Part shown: positions 35,935 through 50,400 of the stretch, piece after piece | How positions within the stretch are numbered: the first letter of the stretch is position 1 | How the letters are laid out: every line of letters starts with the position of its first letter | Source: Octopus sinensis | Taxonomy: Eukaryota | NCBI RefSeq assembly: GCF_006345805.1 | Contig: NW_021829832.1 | Coordinates: 682,001 to 746,000 of the forward strand | Direction: 5' to 3' | Length of the DNA stretch: 64,000 bases | The notes under the pieces: generated by a model | The model's input: the letters and a program-made list of their open reading frames with translations, nothing else | The model's database searches: none | What the model was told of the DNA's origin: nothing | Position numbers and translations under genes: made by a program

Positions 35935-36950
35935 CATCTGGAGGAGTTCAGACGTCTGGAAATGCTAGACGCAAATACCTCCCTATTCCTGCTAAAAAAC
36001 GCCTTGTCAGTACAGAAACTAAATTACGTCCTTCGGGGCGTACCCTGCTACTTGGAAATGCAACAGCTCGACAATATCGATTGTCTCTTTCGGACCATTA
36101 TTGAACGCATCACGAATGTGAAATTTGACGACCAAGGGTGGGAGGGTCCACTTTGTGGGACCAAGCGACCCTATCCTTCTCCGAAGGATCTGGCTTGCCC
36201 CGCATATCTATCCTCTTTGGACTCCAGCCGACTGCTGATCAGGATGATTCTCCAACTCCAAACTGAATCATCTGAAATCACAGACATGGAGCATTCGAGG
36301 GGGATAATGCCTGAGCAGAAAGATCGTTACAGGACCATCTGCGAGGATAAATATGAGAGGCTTCTGAACCAATCAAACCAACACAGACGTGCCTGTCTAG
36401 TGACTGGAAGATGCCAATCGAGTGGAGCTTGGATCAAAGCACTCCCCGTTGATAGTGTCGGAACCCACCTTGACGACGATACTGTCCGCATCAGCATCAG
36501 ACTTGGACTGGAGATTTGCCGGACTCACAAATGCCGGTGTGGGGCCACCGTCGATTGTTATGGACACCATGCCCTCTCTTGTCTAAGAAGTGCAGGACGA
36601 TTTCCAAGACACAAAGCGATCAACGAAATTGTCAAGCGAGCCCTGGAGTCTGCAGAATACCCAGCTGTGCTTGAACCGGTCGGGCTTGACAGAGGAGATG
36701 GAAAACGTCGTGATGGGATCACAATTTTGAAGAGGGGAAACCCCTAGTTTGGGACGCAACCTGTGTGGACACTCTCTGCCAGTCCAACATTGCCGGGAGG
36801 ACAGACTGTATGCCGCGGAAAAAACGATGAGGGCAAAGGAGAGAAAATATGAAGCGCTGCGAGACCGATTCATGTTCTGTCCGATTGTGGCCGAGACAAC
36901 TGGAGGAATGGATAAATTCGAATCACAGCACTATCCACCAGCTGAAATAA
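35935..36950 (+). mobile_element. CRE-clade retrotransposon 3' half, distinct family
   Basis: CRTHKCRCGATVDCYGHHALSC..AGRFPRH, LEPVGLDRGDGKRRDG, FCPIVAETTG. Confidence 0.85.
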
Positions 36951-36952
36951 TA

Positions 36953-38783
36953 CACTCCATGAAATAAAAAACCGGATTTTCAAGTTTGCATGTTTTTATT
37001 AGTATTTTTTTTAATGTATATCAATTTTTAAATTACTTTTCAGCAATCGTTTGTTGTATCTTTTACTATTTTTAAAATTATAATGTATATTCGGCAAGTC
37101 TCGTGATGGGATGCGACGTGTTCAGACACTTTCTCGGAGCTCAACCTTCCTTCTTCAGCTGTCGAGGCTGGCTCAGTCTCTCGCAAAGCCGAGAGATGAA
37201 AGATTGGAAAGTACAAGGAGCTCTCTGAACGGTATCTGTTCACTCCCATCGCCGTCGAGACTTCCGGGGTCATCGGCGAAAAGTCTCTTTCCTTTCTAAA
37301 AAGCTTGGCCGCATGATCTCCCATAAACGGGGAGACCCACGCGAGTCCAAGTGGCTTTTCGAAGGATTTCCTTGGCCATAGTACGTGGAAACTGTGTTTC
37401 CTTACGAGGCCGGAAATTAGTTAGTTATTAATAACTATTTGTCAATTACATAAACTTCCTAAAAAAAAAAAAAAAAAAAATTGAATAATTGATCTTGATA
37501 AAATCTTAGCGTGTATTAAAAAACGGATTTTTTTTGATTAGTCTGTTGCTAAGCCAATTTTTAGGTATTTGAAAAAATGCTTGATAAATCACTAAAGGAA
37601 AGATTCTAGCACACATTCAATAAATTGGACACAAAAAAGATTGTTGAGGAGCTGAATATTCCAACTTCGACTCTTAATGATTTTCTGAATAAGTTAAATA
37701 AAAAAAGACTGTTGATCGTATACCTGGTTCTGGAAGACCCAAAAAGCTCTCTAACTCAGATATTTGTAAACTTGTCAACATTGTGAAAGAAAATCCAAAA
37801 AAAACACTGGCCAACCTGAAAGAAGAAGTCTTCGATTTTACAGGAAAACTTGTCTGCAAAAAAACAATAAGCAATTATCTACATGAAAATCATTACAAAG
37901 CATGTGTGTAAAAGAAAACCTTTATTATCAAAAAAAATAGTGAAAAACAATACGAGCTTTCAATAATCTTTTCTGCAATAAGCAATGAAACGTGGAGAAC
38001 TGTTATATGTAGTGACGAGGCTTCCTTTGAAATTTTTTCATCTAAAAAAATAAAATTTTGCTTTAAAAAAATTACAGCCTTAAATTATGCCCATTTAACG
38101 CCAACCTTGAAGTTTGGTGGGGGAAAAATTATGGTATGGGGTTGTATCTCCTATCATGGAAAGGGGAATTTGGTTATAGTAAATGAAAAAATAAATTCTG
38201 CTGTATATATCAACATTTTAATAAATAATTAGTGGAAATCGGCAGATAAAATGGGGCTAAATCGTTTTATTTTCCAACAAGATTTGCCCCCCTGTCATAA
38301 TTCACGGAGAACAAAACAATTTTTGGATGAGAAAAAAATTGAATAAAAAAAATTGAATTGGGCACCACAATCACCAGATTTGAATCCAATTGAACATGTG
38401 TGGAGCTACATAAAGGAAGAATTGAGTAAAAAAAGCTGCATAGTAAAAAGGATTTATGCGAAAATATCATAAAAATTTGGGACGAAATACCAATGGAATT
38501 TGTGAGAAAATTAACTGAAAGCATGCCAAGAAGAAGCATTGAGCTTTATAAGGCACACGGAGGACACATTAATTATTAATCATTTGACTTTTTTTCTAAT
38601 CCGGTTTTTTTTACACAGAAAAAATTTAATATAGTCAGTTTAGCTGTACAAAAAGATTATTGAAAAATTATAAAAAGAAAAGTTACGAAGATTATCATTA
38701 TAAATTAAAAAAAGTCTAAAATTAAAAACAGAATATCAAAAAAATTAAGCATTCGAAAATCCGGTTTTTTATTACATGGAGTG
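36953..38783 (+). mobile_element. Tc1-family DNA transposon, degenerate, with TA TSD
   Basis: TIRs CACTCCATG(A/T)AATAAAAACCGGATTTTC flanked by TA; internal copies of the AAAA(C)CGGATT motif; CSDEASF, GGGKIMVWG, FQQD, SPDLNPIEHVW. Confidence 0.85.
37092..37480 (+). mobile_element. CRE 3' fragment with poly(A)20, nested in the Tc1 element
   Basis: GKSLVWDATC.DTF..RWKV..YLFTPIAVETSG..RGN, followed by A20 at 37461-37480. Confidence 0.85.
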
Positions 38784-38859
38784 TATATATTTTGTCCATC
38801 GTTGAGACTGGATAAAGTCGCTAATTAAAAAAATCAACTTAAAAGTCCTTCACAAGACT

Positions 38860-39320
38860 CTCTTTAGCAGCTCTGGACAACTTGCACATTGACGTATCGT
38901 CGTTATCAACTTGGTTGAAATATGGAAATAACTCTCCCCGATCGAAAGGGTTATTCTCATATTTGCAGTCAACTTGGTTGAAATATGGAAATAACTCTCC
39001 CCGATCAGAAGGGTTATTCTCATATTTGCAGGATAGAAACTTTTTTAATAGTCAACAGAGGCAGTTTAACCACTGTAAAAGTAAGGCGATGACCGTTGAC
39101 CATTTAGCCACGAAGTGCGGGAGTATGCTTTACCATGATTACACATGGAGGTATAATGATGTGCATTAAAATGGATACCCCCATACGCACCTCGATTGTT
39201 GTCCAGCACAACAGACCCGATATTGTGGTCCACGGTAAGGTGACCGGGGAGATTGTTATCGTGGAGGTGGGCATCACGTGCCTAGACTGTTTGCAGACAG
39301 TGGAAGTGCTTTTTTAAATC
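38860..39320 (+). mobile_element. R4/Dong-like C-terminal fragment (zinc knuckle plus RLE) with a 63-bp in-frame tandem duplication
   Basis: STWLKYGN..EGLFSYLQD..HCK..TVDHLATKC, NRPDIVV..IVEVGIT. Repeat units 38906-38968 and 38969-39031. Confidence 0.75.
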
Positions 39321-39399
39321 AAGTGCTGAATTTCGTCATAAAAACGATCAATCAAATTAAAACAAGTCCAAAATCTGATTGGATCTTTAGGAAATTTTG

Positions 39400-39940
39400 T
39401 ATAGTTAGGAATGAAGATTATTTAAGACTTTTGCATCGTTATATTTAATAAATTTGATATTGAAATTTTTGTTACTAATTAATTTGGAAAAGAAAATGAC
39501 AATCAGATTTAAAGACGTTATTAATATGGAAATACCAAGATGGATGATAAATCCTTTTTGACTAGTACTGTAGATGCGCAAATGGATTTGCAAGATGAAT
39601 TTATTGGTATTTTTATATCATTATTATTATTTATAGAAATTAAATATAATAATTCGTACAAGATTTTGTTTGAAAACCATGGTTTGTCTACCTTTGGCAA
39701 AAAAAGGAATTTAAAGAAAAATATCCAAAGATTTTGAAAAAATAATTAAAATTTTATTATGTTTTCCAACGACATATCTTATGGAATCAGGATTCAACGT
39801 AGTAAACAGGATATTGAGCGATGAACGTAACAAGCTTGATATCTGCTCGCGAGGAGATGTCAGATTATTTTTAACACGTTTGGACCCTGATATTCAGAAA
39901 CTAATTAAAATGCATGAAAACCAAGGCTCTCATTAAATAG
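39400..39940 (+). mobile_element. hAT (Charlie/Buster) transposase C-terminal remnant
   Basis: CFPTTYLMESGF..RNKLDI..RGDVRLFLT..PDI..HENQGSH*. Confidence 0.7.
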
Positions 39941-40731
39941 TTAAAAAAATATTTTAAGACTCTAAATTTAATTAAAAGAAATAAATAAGTCTGTTTTTTT
40001 TGGTACACAAAATAACTTGATTTGGTACATTGACTTTTCTTTTTGGGACACCAAAAAAAAGGTTGAGAATCACTGCTTTAGAGGACTCTGGAGAGTGTCT
40101 TGTTTGATGCTTGCCGATCCAAAATCAGCGAGAGGCGCTGGACTGCACCTTCTCGAATGGTCTACAGTGCCGGAGAAGAGGAGGAAGAAGGCCATCCTCT
40201 GCTTACTTCGAAGGCTCTGGACTTAGAAAATTATTTAGTTAATTAGTCTCTTTTTATTAATAAAGGACAAATTATAAATAAGACACATTTCGATACTACC
40301 TAATCTAACTAATGGTCAGGATCGGAATTTGTTTTTTGAAAAGATGAAACATAATTGTAATAATATTTTTAAAAAAGACTGTTGATCACTTGGCTACACG
40401 TTGTTACTGAATGGTCTACAGTTCATATACACGGAGACATAATGAATAAGATGTATTCATTTACATATTTGTTGCGAGTTCAGAATAAAAAATACAAACA
40501 CAAACAGTTGAATCACTGTGTACAGTGGGTCAAATTAGTTCTGGGACACCTGTTTATTTTTAATAAAATTTTTATTTTTCAATAACATAACTTTTTTATT
40601 CGATTTTTTAAAGTATAAAAGTGCACCTATACCATTTTCAGTTCAATTCTGACATTTTTATATCCATTTTGACTTTGCGATATCCAATATTGACAATGCG
40701 ATAAGCAATATTGACATTTTTTTATCAAATT

Positions 40732-42025
40732 CCGGATCCTTGGATCCCCCATCCTGCCGACTGCTATTAAGACTGATCTTCTTACCAAACATTCCACGTT
40801 AACTATTTTGCTGGACCGCCTCACGTTTTTGGACAGCCACGTCGGCCTGTTTCTTGCGAGAAACTTTTTCGCCCTGCCTAAATTACTCTACTCCCTCAGA
40901 AGTGCACCTTGTTACCTACATGAGGACATTCTCACTGATCTCGGCGACTCCCTTCGTTCGAAGATCGAATCAATATGCAATGTCGAGTTCGACTCTTTGG
41001 GGTGGAGTCAAGCTTCACTCCCCGTACGCCACGGAGGCCTTGGAATTCGGTGTCCGAATGATGTTGCACTGCCTGCCTACCTGTCGTCACTTTCTTCATG
41101 CCAGAAACTCATGGGCACGGTTCTTCCAACCGATTTTGAACATTACGTGCCCTCTGAGTTATCATCGGCGGTCGTAAAGTGGCACTCGCTAGGACTGGAA
41201 ATCCCAGAGGATCAGCATAAGCAATTTGTTTGGGACGAAGTCCGCCTACAATCCCGAATCCATTCTTTACGTAAATCTCTCGACCAACACCGCTTGGCCT
41301 GCTTTGAGACGGCATGTCGCCCTCACAGCGGAGCCTGGCTAAATGCCACTCCACTGCCGAGCATTGGGAACCTTCTGGACTGCGAGTCCGTACGCACTGG
41401 AATCTGTTTACGTCTCGGTCTTCGCCTTTGCGAGCCACATGTCTGCCGCTGTGGCGCGAAAATCTGTCGCTTTGGATTGCACGCTCTATCGTGTAGACGC
41501 AGTGCTGGTCGCATCCCGCGTCACGCCGCTCTTAACGACCTTATCAGGAGAGCCCTGGAAGTCGCCGGAATCCCCTCCCTGCTTGAACCCACTGGGATCG
41601 ATCGGGGGGACGGAAAAAGGCCTGACGGGATAACTGTGTTTCCTTTCAACAGGGGGAAGCCTCTCACCTGGGATGCCACGTGTGTGGACTCTTTCTCGCC
41701 TCAGAACCTGCTGATGTCGGCCTCCGCTCCTGGATCTATTGTCACAACCGCGGAATGCAAAAAGATGCGGAAGTACTCCTCACTTACGGAGAAGTTCCAA
41801 TTCCTTCCATTCGCGGTTGAGACTTCCGGTTCCTTGGGCAGTAAGGCAATCAGCTTCGTTCAGGAGATCGGTTCCCGCATGTCTGCCATCACAGGCGACG
41901 CCCGCGAATCGAGATGGTTTTTCGAGCGGATATCCCTTGCGATAGTACGCTCTAATTCTTTCTCGATCGCGTCGGCTTCCCGCACTTGAAGCTTTTAATT
42001 AATTAACTTGTAGTTATTGGTTGGT
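40732..42025 (+). mobile_element. 5'-truncated CRE retrotransposon with intact frame, 15-bp TSD and no poly(A)
   Basis: TSD TTTTTTTATCAAATT at 40717-40731 and 42026-42040. Open frame to 41989 with CxC..HxxxC knuckle and KRPDG..WDATC..AVET RLE. Confidence 0.92.
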
Positions 42026-42296
42026 TTTTTTTATCAAATTTAATAAAGAAATATTCAATTTTAACATTTTCTATATCAATTTTGACTTTTGACGATTTGT
42101 CGTTTATTTTATATCACCTGATTTGTTTTTCTTTTACGAATTTCACGAATTATAGTTTTTTTGCATCATAGATCATATTAAAGCTGCAAAATTATTTTAA
42201 TCTATAGTAAAATTTTTTATTTATATCCAATAGCTGGAATATCAAGTGCCGATTAGTCTCGCGACAGTTGGGTATTTATTTACTTTTTGATAAAAT

Positions 42297-42298
<2 letters not shown>

Positions 42299-42331
<33 letters not shown>

Positions 42332-45300
42332 TTAAGTAACTACTAAGTAAAGTCAACAAACTAATAAATTCTCCCAGCGAGACGGAGGGAACAGCTGTTG
42401 CCACGCATGACAGCCAGCAGGATCCTCTGAATGAGGAAAGTAAATTCCCTAGGGTCCTTGGACCGCGAAGAACAAAGATGTCCCAGTTTCTTTAGGGAAG
42501 TGAGGGTCCCGGAGCCAAAGACGCCGGAAGTCTCGACAACGATTGGCCAAAACCAAAAGTCATCCATCAAAGACTGATATTTCCGGCACTTCGAAAGCTC
42601 AGCCTTATTAGCACGAGACCCAGCAAGAGAGGCCGATTCGTTGATGAAAGACTTTGAGAAGGTATCCACACAAGTGGAATCCCAGACCAAAGGTCTCCCA
42701 GAATAAAACGAGAACAACGTAGAGCCGTCCGGCCTTTTCCCGTCACCACGGTCGAGACCCTTAGGCTCAAGGACAGAAGGGTAGCCGGCCTTTTCGAGTG
42801 AGTCGAGAATGATTCTGTTAATCGCCGAATGGCGTGGAATACGACCCGCGCTTTTCTTGCAGGAGAGGGCATGGAGCCCGTATACGTCCATAGTAGATCC
42901 GCACCGGCAGGGGTGGGGACTACAGATCGGAAGTCCGAGGCGGAGGCAAATGCCAAAACGGAGGGCGTCGGAGTCAAGACAGGTGTCCAAATGGGTCGAA
43001 GGAAGGCAGTTAAGCCAAGAGCCAGAATGCGGTTGGCGGCTGGCACGGTAACAAGCCAGTCTGTGCTGGTTCAGGAGAGCCTCCAACGAGTCCGCATGAT
43101 GCTTACTAAGAATTTTATCCCATTCACGTTGGAGGGACCTATCAGAAGGGAACTCAAGCCCTTTTTCCTTCCAAAGCAAAAGTGCAGAATTAATATCAGA
43201 GTCCAAACGAGATCCGGGCGATTTTTCAAGAATCTTATGGACAAGAAGATACAATCCTGAAGACGATGAAAGGAAAGCGGGAAGAGAAATGTCGAGAGCC
43301 GAGCGGAGCCCAAGCCCACCAAAAGGAACAGGAAGTTTGGCCTGACGCCAACCGACATCATCGAACTTGACGTTAAAAATAATCTCGGCTGAAGAACGCA
43401 CCAGAGCGTCAAAAGACTCCAAAGCAGAGGGAACAGAAAAGCAACAGGAACTCCTTAGGACATAATTGATCCTCGGAATCAAAAGAAAGTTTTTGAGGAT
43501 AAAAAAAGCGGGATGGGGATCGATGTCCACAAGTTTATCACAAAGAGAAGCAAGAGCATTTCTCTTGGAATCGAGAATACGAGAGACCGATTGGTGGTGG
43601 ATCGGGGCACCCAGGATTTCAAGTTCAGAATAAGAGGTCTGCCTCAGATCGGGCAAGAGGCCACGAAACTGGGCAAAAAGGTCTTCGAAGGTGAGGTCTT
43701 CGACGTTAAGATTAACGATTTCAGATTTTAGAGAATTGATTTCAAGACCAATAGATGACAACGCCGGGAGTAGAGATTGCAAGTCGTTTAGCAAAATGTC
43801 GGGCGGACCACCAATAGTACAGTCGTCCAAATACCAAATATTAAGAGGGGACGCAATCCTGCGGGCGACAAAGTCCACCGAGAGGGCAAATAATAAAGGA
43901 CCCAAAGGATCGCCTTGCTGTACGCCACAGGAAGACGAAATGAAAGAATCGCCAGCAACCAAGAGGGTCGGGTTACCATAAGAAAGAAAAATGAAGGGCA
44001 GCAGAGAAGGAATTCTGGCCTTGCAAACCTCAAGAAGATGCTTTCTATTGAGCGAATTGAAAGCGTTCTTCACATCCAATTTTATAATAACTGGGGCCGC
44101 TCTGAGAGACGAGCCGATTCAATGAAACACCGGGCAGCGTGGACCGAGGCCTCGCACCCACCAGGTACCCCCACACCCAACTGAATGGGCTGGAGTTCGT
44201 CGCTAATAGAAGGAATTACAAGCTTGCATCCGACCTTTGCAAACAAGCGACGAAAAACGTTCCCGACGGCAATAGGTCTGATGCCGCCGTCTTTCTTCCC
44301 CAAAGCAGACAGGTTCGCAGAGAAGAAGAGCAGTCTGGCATGCTCGGATATGTCCCCACGGAGAAATAGGTTACAAAGCTTGGCAATGGATTGAGAAAGA
44401 CGGTTTCCAGCCTCAGCAGTATTGGAGATGAGGTCCATTAAGTGAATGGGACGGAGACCGTCAACACCACCACTACTGTTCCCCCTGAAAGATTTCAAAG
44501 CAAACAAAAGTTGTTGGACAGATGAAGAGGCGATCGAGACCTCCTCAGGGGTCCGGGCACAAAAGGCAGGGACATCGCCAGCCGGGTGCTTGGCGCTGAG
44601 AATTTTGAGGACATCCGGGGTTATCGAACGGACGGAATCGGAAGACGAAAGAATACGGACCGCAGAGCCGACATCATGCGCCATAAGGCAGGAATTGACA
44701 CGTTTGCGTAAACGAATACGATTATCTTTAAGAGTAGTTGGTTCATGGGACTTGCCCAGAAGAGGAGGCAGAATGAAGGAATCCTCCATGAACTTATTAA
44801 TATTTTCCTTGATGGAAGAGGAAAGGGATTTTACCGAGCCCAAGCCTTGAACTGGGGAGCCCAGGGCAAATATGGCAAAGCAAAACAAACGGTTCCAATT
44901 CGGAATGGACTGAACACAAATGACTGACTCGATCAAAGCAGACAGAGCCTTCGCCGCGGAAAAACGGGCAGAACGAGGAATTCTTATAGGAATACGATAG
45001 GACGCCCGGTAATCACGAGCGAGTCTTAAGACAGACTCTGGATTAAGCAGGAAGGGGTCCGGCGAAGGGATAGGATTAGTAAAATCAGAGGACCCGGTAC
45101 AGATGGCAGGAGCGAAATATGACGGGGGGAAAGAAGAGCAAGCAGAGCAAACCCATCGGGAAAGGGAAGAGGCAGATTTCTTAGAAAGCTTGATGCAGGA
45201 TAAATGGAAAAAGGCATAACAACGGTCACAACGGATGGTCTTTTTCCGATTATTACGGATATTGCAAACAGAACAGACAGACATAGATATGGAAAATTAG

Positions 45301-45400
45301 AATTAGCAATAAATGGATTATTGGTGAGATAGAAAGAAAGAGAAAGAGGAAAAGAAAAACAAAAAAGAGAAAGGGAAGCAACAATGGATTATTGGATAGC
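42299..45400 (-). mobile_element. Near full-length CRE-clade RLE retrotransposon: PHD finger - RT - zinc knuckle - restriction-like endonuclease
   Basis: ORFs 45284-44082 and 44079-42361 join by a 1-nt frameshift in LL(I)KLDVKNAFN. GVQQGDPLGPLLF, WYLDD, KRPDG. T30 (poly-A tail) at 42299-42328. N-terminal C4HC3 finger. Confidence 0.93.
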
Positions 45401-45408
45401 AAATAACA

Positions 45409-46285
45409 ATGAAGGGTTCTATAAATGTCGTCCACGTAAAGTTCCGCTCCTTACTAAGAATCGCGTTTATCCACGATCACAATATACAAAAAAAAATTTA
45501 CTTCAAGACGAAGACTTACTAATTGGATTCATTTTGTTCACATTCCAAAGAGTAAAGTGTTCACATTCCAAAGAGTAAAGTATGGAACATTATCAATAAA
45601 TGGAAATTACTAAAAACTATTAAAAATAAGCCAAGATTAGGACAACGAAAAAAAATATCAGCATGCCCTAAGAATAAAAGGGTTCTATGAATGAATGAAT
45701 TTATTTATTTAAAAAGAAAAGCCGAAAAAGAGAGATAAAGTTAATGAAACAACGTATGTCTCTTCTGCGTTGTTTTCCTCTTTTTTATGTTTAATTTAAG
45801 ATTTGAGAGGAAAAGGCTCTCTCAAGAACACTTCCAATCGTTCCCGTCGCGTCTTCCATCTCTTAAGGGATGGGTTGGTCCAGCTGGGGTCCATTTGCCA
45901 ATTTGATGGCATATCGTTTCGTCTTTTCGATCTTAGCGATAATGATATCCCTCTCAGCAGTAGGATACCATTTCTCGAACCCGTAGGTAAGCAATGGTTC
46001 GACGTATGTTTTATAAACATATAAAAATGTTTCCGGACAAAGGTGGAAGTGAATTATGCTCCTGAGAATTTGAACGCATTTCCTTCTCCTCGAATCGATG
46101 TATCTGGAGTAAGAACCCTTGGATCCAACTTCAACCCCAAGATATTTCAGGTTTTCCGTTACTGTAAACCCATGAAGGGTTCTATAAATGTCGTCCACGT
46201 AAAGTTCCGCTCCTTACTAAGAATCGCGTTTATCCACGATCACAATATACAAAAAAAAATTTACTTCAAGACGAAGACTTACTAA
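45409..46285. repeat. 114-bp direct repeat (45409-45522 and 46172-46285)
   Basis: Apparently identical ATGAAGGGTTCTATAAATGTCG...GAAGACTTACTAA in both places. Confidence 0.9.
45689..46174 (-). mobile_element. 5'-truncated LINE with 11-bp TSD
   Basis: LKYLGVEV..YKTYVEPLLTYG. Tail (AAAT)n(TCAT)n. TSD AAGGGTTCTAT at 45678-45688 and 46175-46185. Same family as 57655-58450. Confidence 0.8.
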
Positions 46286-46334
46286 ATAATATTATTTGGA
46301 TAGATAAACTTTTGGACAGAAATATACAAGCTAC

Positions 46335-46422
46335 ATGTGGCGTAAATCAGAAAATGAATATCACCCAAAAATACCATACCAACAGTTAAACATGGCGGTG
46401 GCAGTGTTATGCTATGGGGACA
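46335..46422 (+). mobile_element. Short Tc1 transposase fragment
   Basis: WRKS..TIPTVKHGGGSVMLWG. Confidence 0.55.
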
Positions 46423-46627
46423 TTAGTGAATCTAATCATCTTATTCTGTTATAAAACTAATTTTTTATCTGACGCGTAAATATTGCGTTCCTAATAAATT
46501 GAAACATTATAATTGGAATTCTAAGAAATAAAAAAACAGTTAATTTGAAATAAAAACTATATCTAGCAAACGATGAGACAAGGGAAATTTAAATTGAAAA
46601 TATGCAAATAAATATCTACTAAATTGT

Positions 46628-49227
<2,600 letters not shown>

Positions 49228-49502
49228 TAGATTTGATAAACAAAGACACAACAAGATTAGTAAATATGTATTAATTAAAATAAATACGTCATTTAATGAA
49301 ATGAAATATATTATAATTTAATATTTAAATTGTGGATTTTTAATAAAAATATATTCGACGGCATAAAGCCGAAAGTAACCAAGGAAACGGCAGACCCTAA
49401 TTCTGAGATTTTTATCGTTTACAAGGAATTTTAGTTATTAGTAAACCTACTAAAAGTTTTTAAAAATATTAAAAAATAGATTGAACTTGTTTTTGTGGGT
49501 CA

Positions 49503-49998
49503 ATGGTCGTTGGGGCCTTTCCTCTCTTCAAATTAGGAGCACTTGTTCTCAAACAAATGAGCAAGCCGCTGGTCAATCAAATAAAAAGAAAAGCAGGAGA
49601 AAGCTTGTTTTTTCGCCGGTATATTTGCCTACCGCCAGCACGAAGTATTCAATTATCATTATCCTTCCAAAGTTTATAACTGGGCGGAGACCACGGCCAA
49701 AAGTCGCTTATATGGGCTCGGAGCTGCCAAGAACATTCCCAAATTGAGTGATCAAATGGCCATCGAATTGGGAGCTGAAATATTTGGGGAGTTTGTGATG
49801 ATCTCCCTTTGTTCTGTCATTCTTTTTTGGGAGTTTTTACGTTCTAGCGCCATCTCCCAGGCCAAGTCTGATGCTGAGAAAAAGGTCCTGTCTGACCTTC
49901 AAGCGGATGTCCAATTAATCAGGGCACAACTGGAGGCTTATAGAGTTGAATTGGAATTTATTAAAAGACCTGTAGCAGTCCCTGATGAAAAATCCTGA
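49503..49998 (+). CDS. OPA3: Optic atrophy 3 mitochondrial protein
   Basis: [25 protein letters not shown], a 28-nt intron, then [14 protein letters not shown]. Confidence 0.9.
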
Positions 49999-50400
49999 TT
50001 TTTTACAATATAGATTTTTTAATACTTTTTTAAATATAAATTAAAAATATTTTTGTCTATAAAGTATTACATTTTTTGTTTTAAGTGACTATTAGTCATT
50101 GTTTTTAGTCCAAGAAATTCGTATTCTTATTTCTTTTAATTCAATATATTAATGCAGTGAGCCTAATATAGTTGCTCTGTAAACTTTTTAAGAACGGATT
50201 TCCTAACAATTACCTTGAAAAATTATAAGTGGAACTTTTGTCTGATCATGAACACGGGTTTTGTTGAGATTCGTGACAAAAACTCGGAAGAACGTGAATT
50301 TGCCTATCTCCGGTGACATCACTGGTTTCATAGGCAACAAAATAGATGGAATTAACCTTGGACATGCTTTTATCTTAAAAGTGATTATTTTAAGAATATA

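Noticed and set aside
44077-44090. Programmed -1 ribosomal frameshift in the CRE element
   Set aside because: No slippery heptamer, and the break falls inside a conserved RT motif that is continuous in a sibling copy.
45409-45522. Spliced-leader RNA or snRNA as the CRE target (Sm-like AAT9G on the minus strand)
   Set aside because: The U-run is longer than a typical Sm site, no convincing stem-loops or leader/donor structure is present, and the other CRE junction shows no matching sequence.
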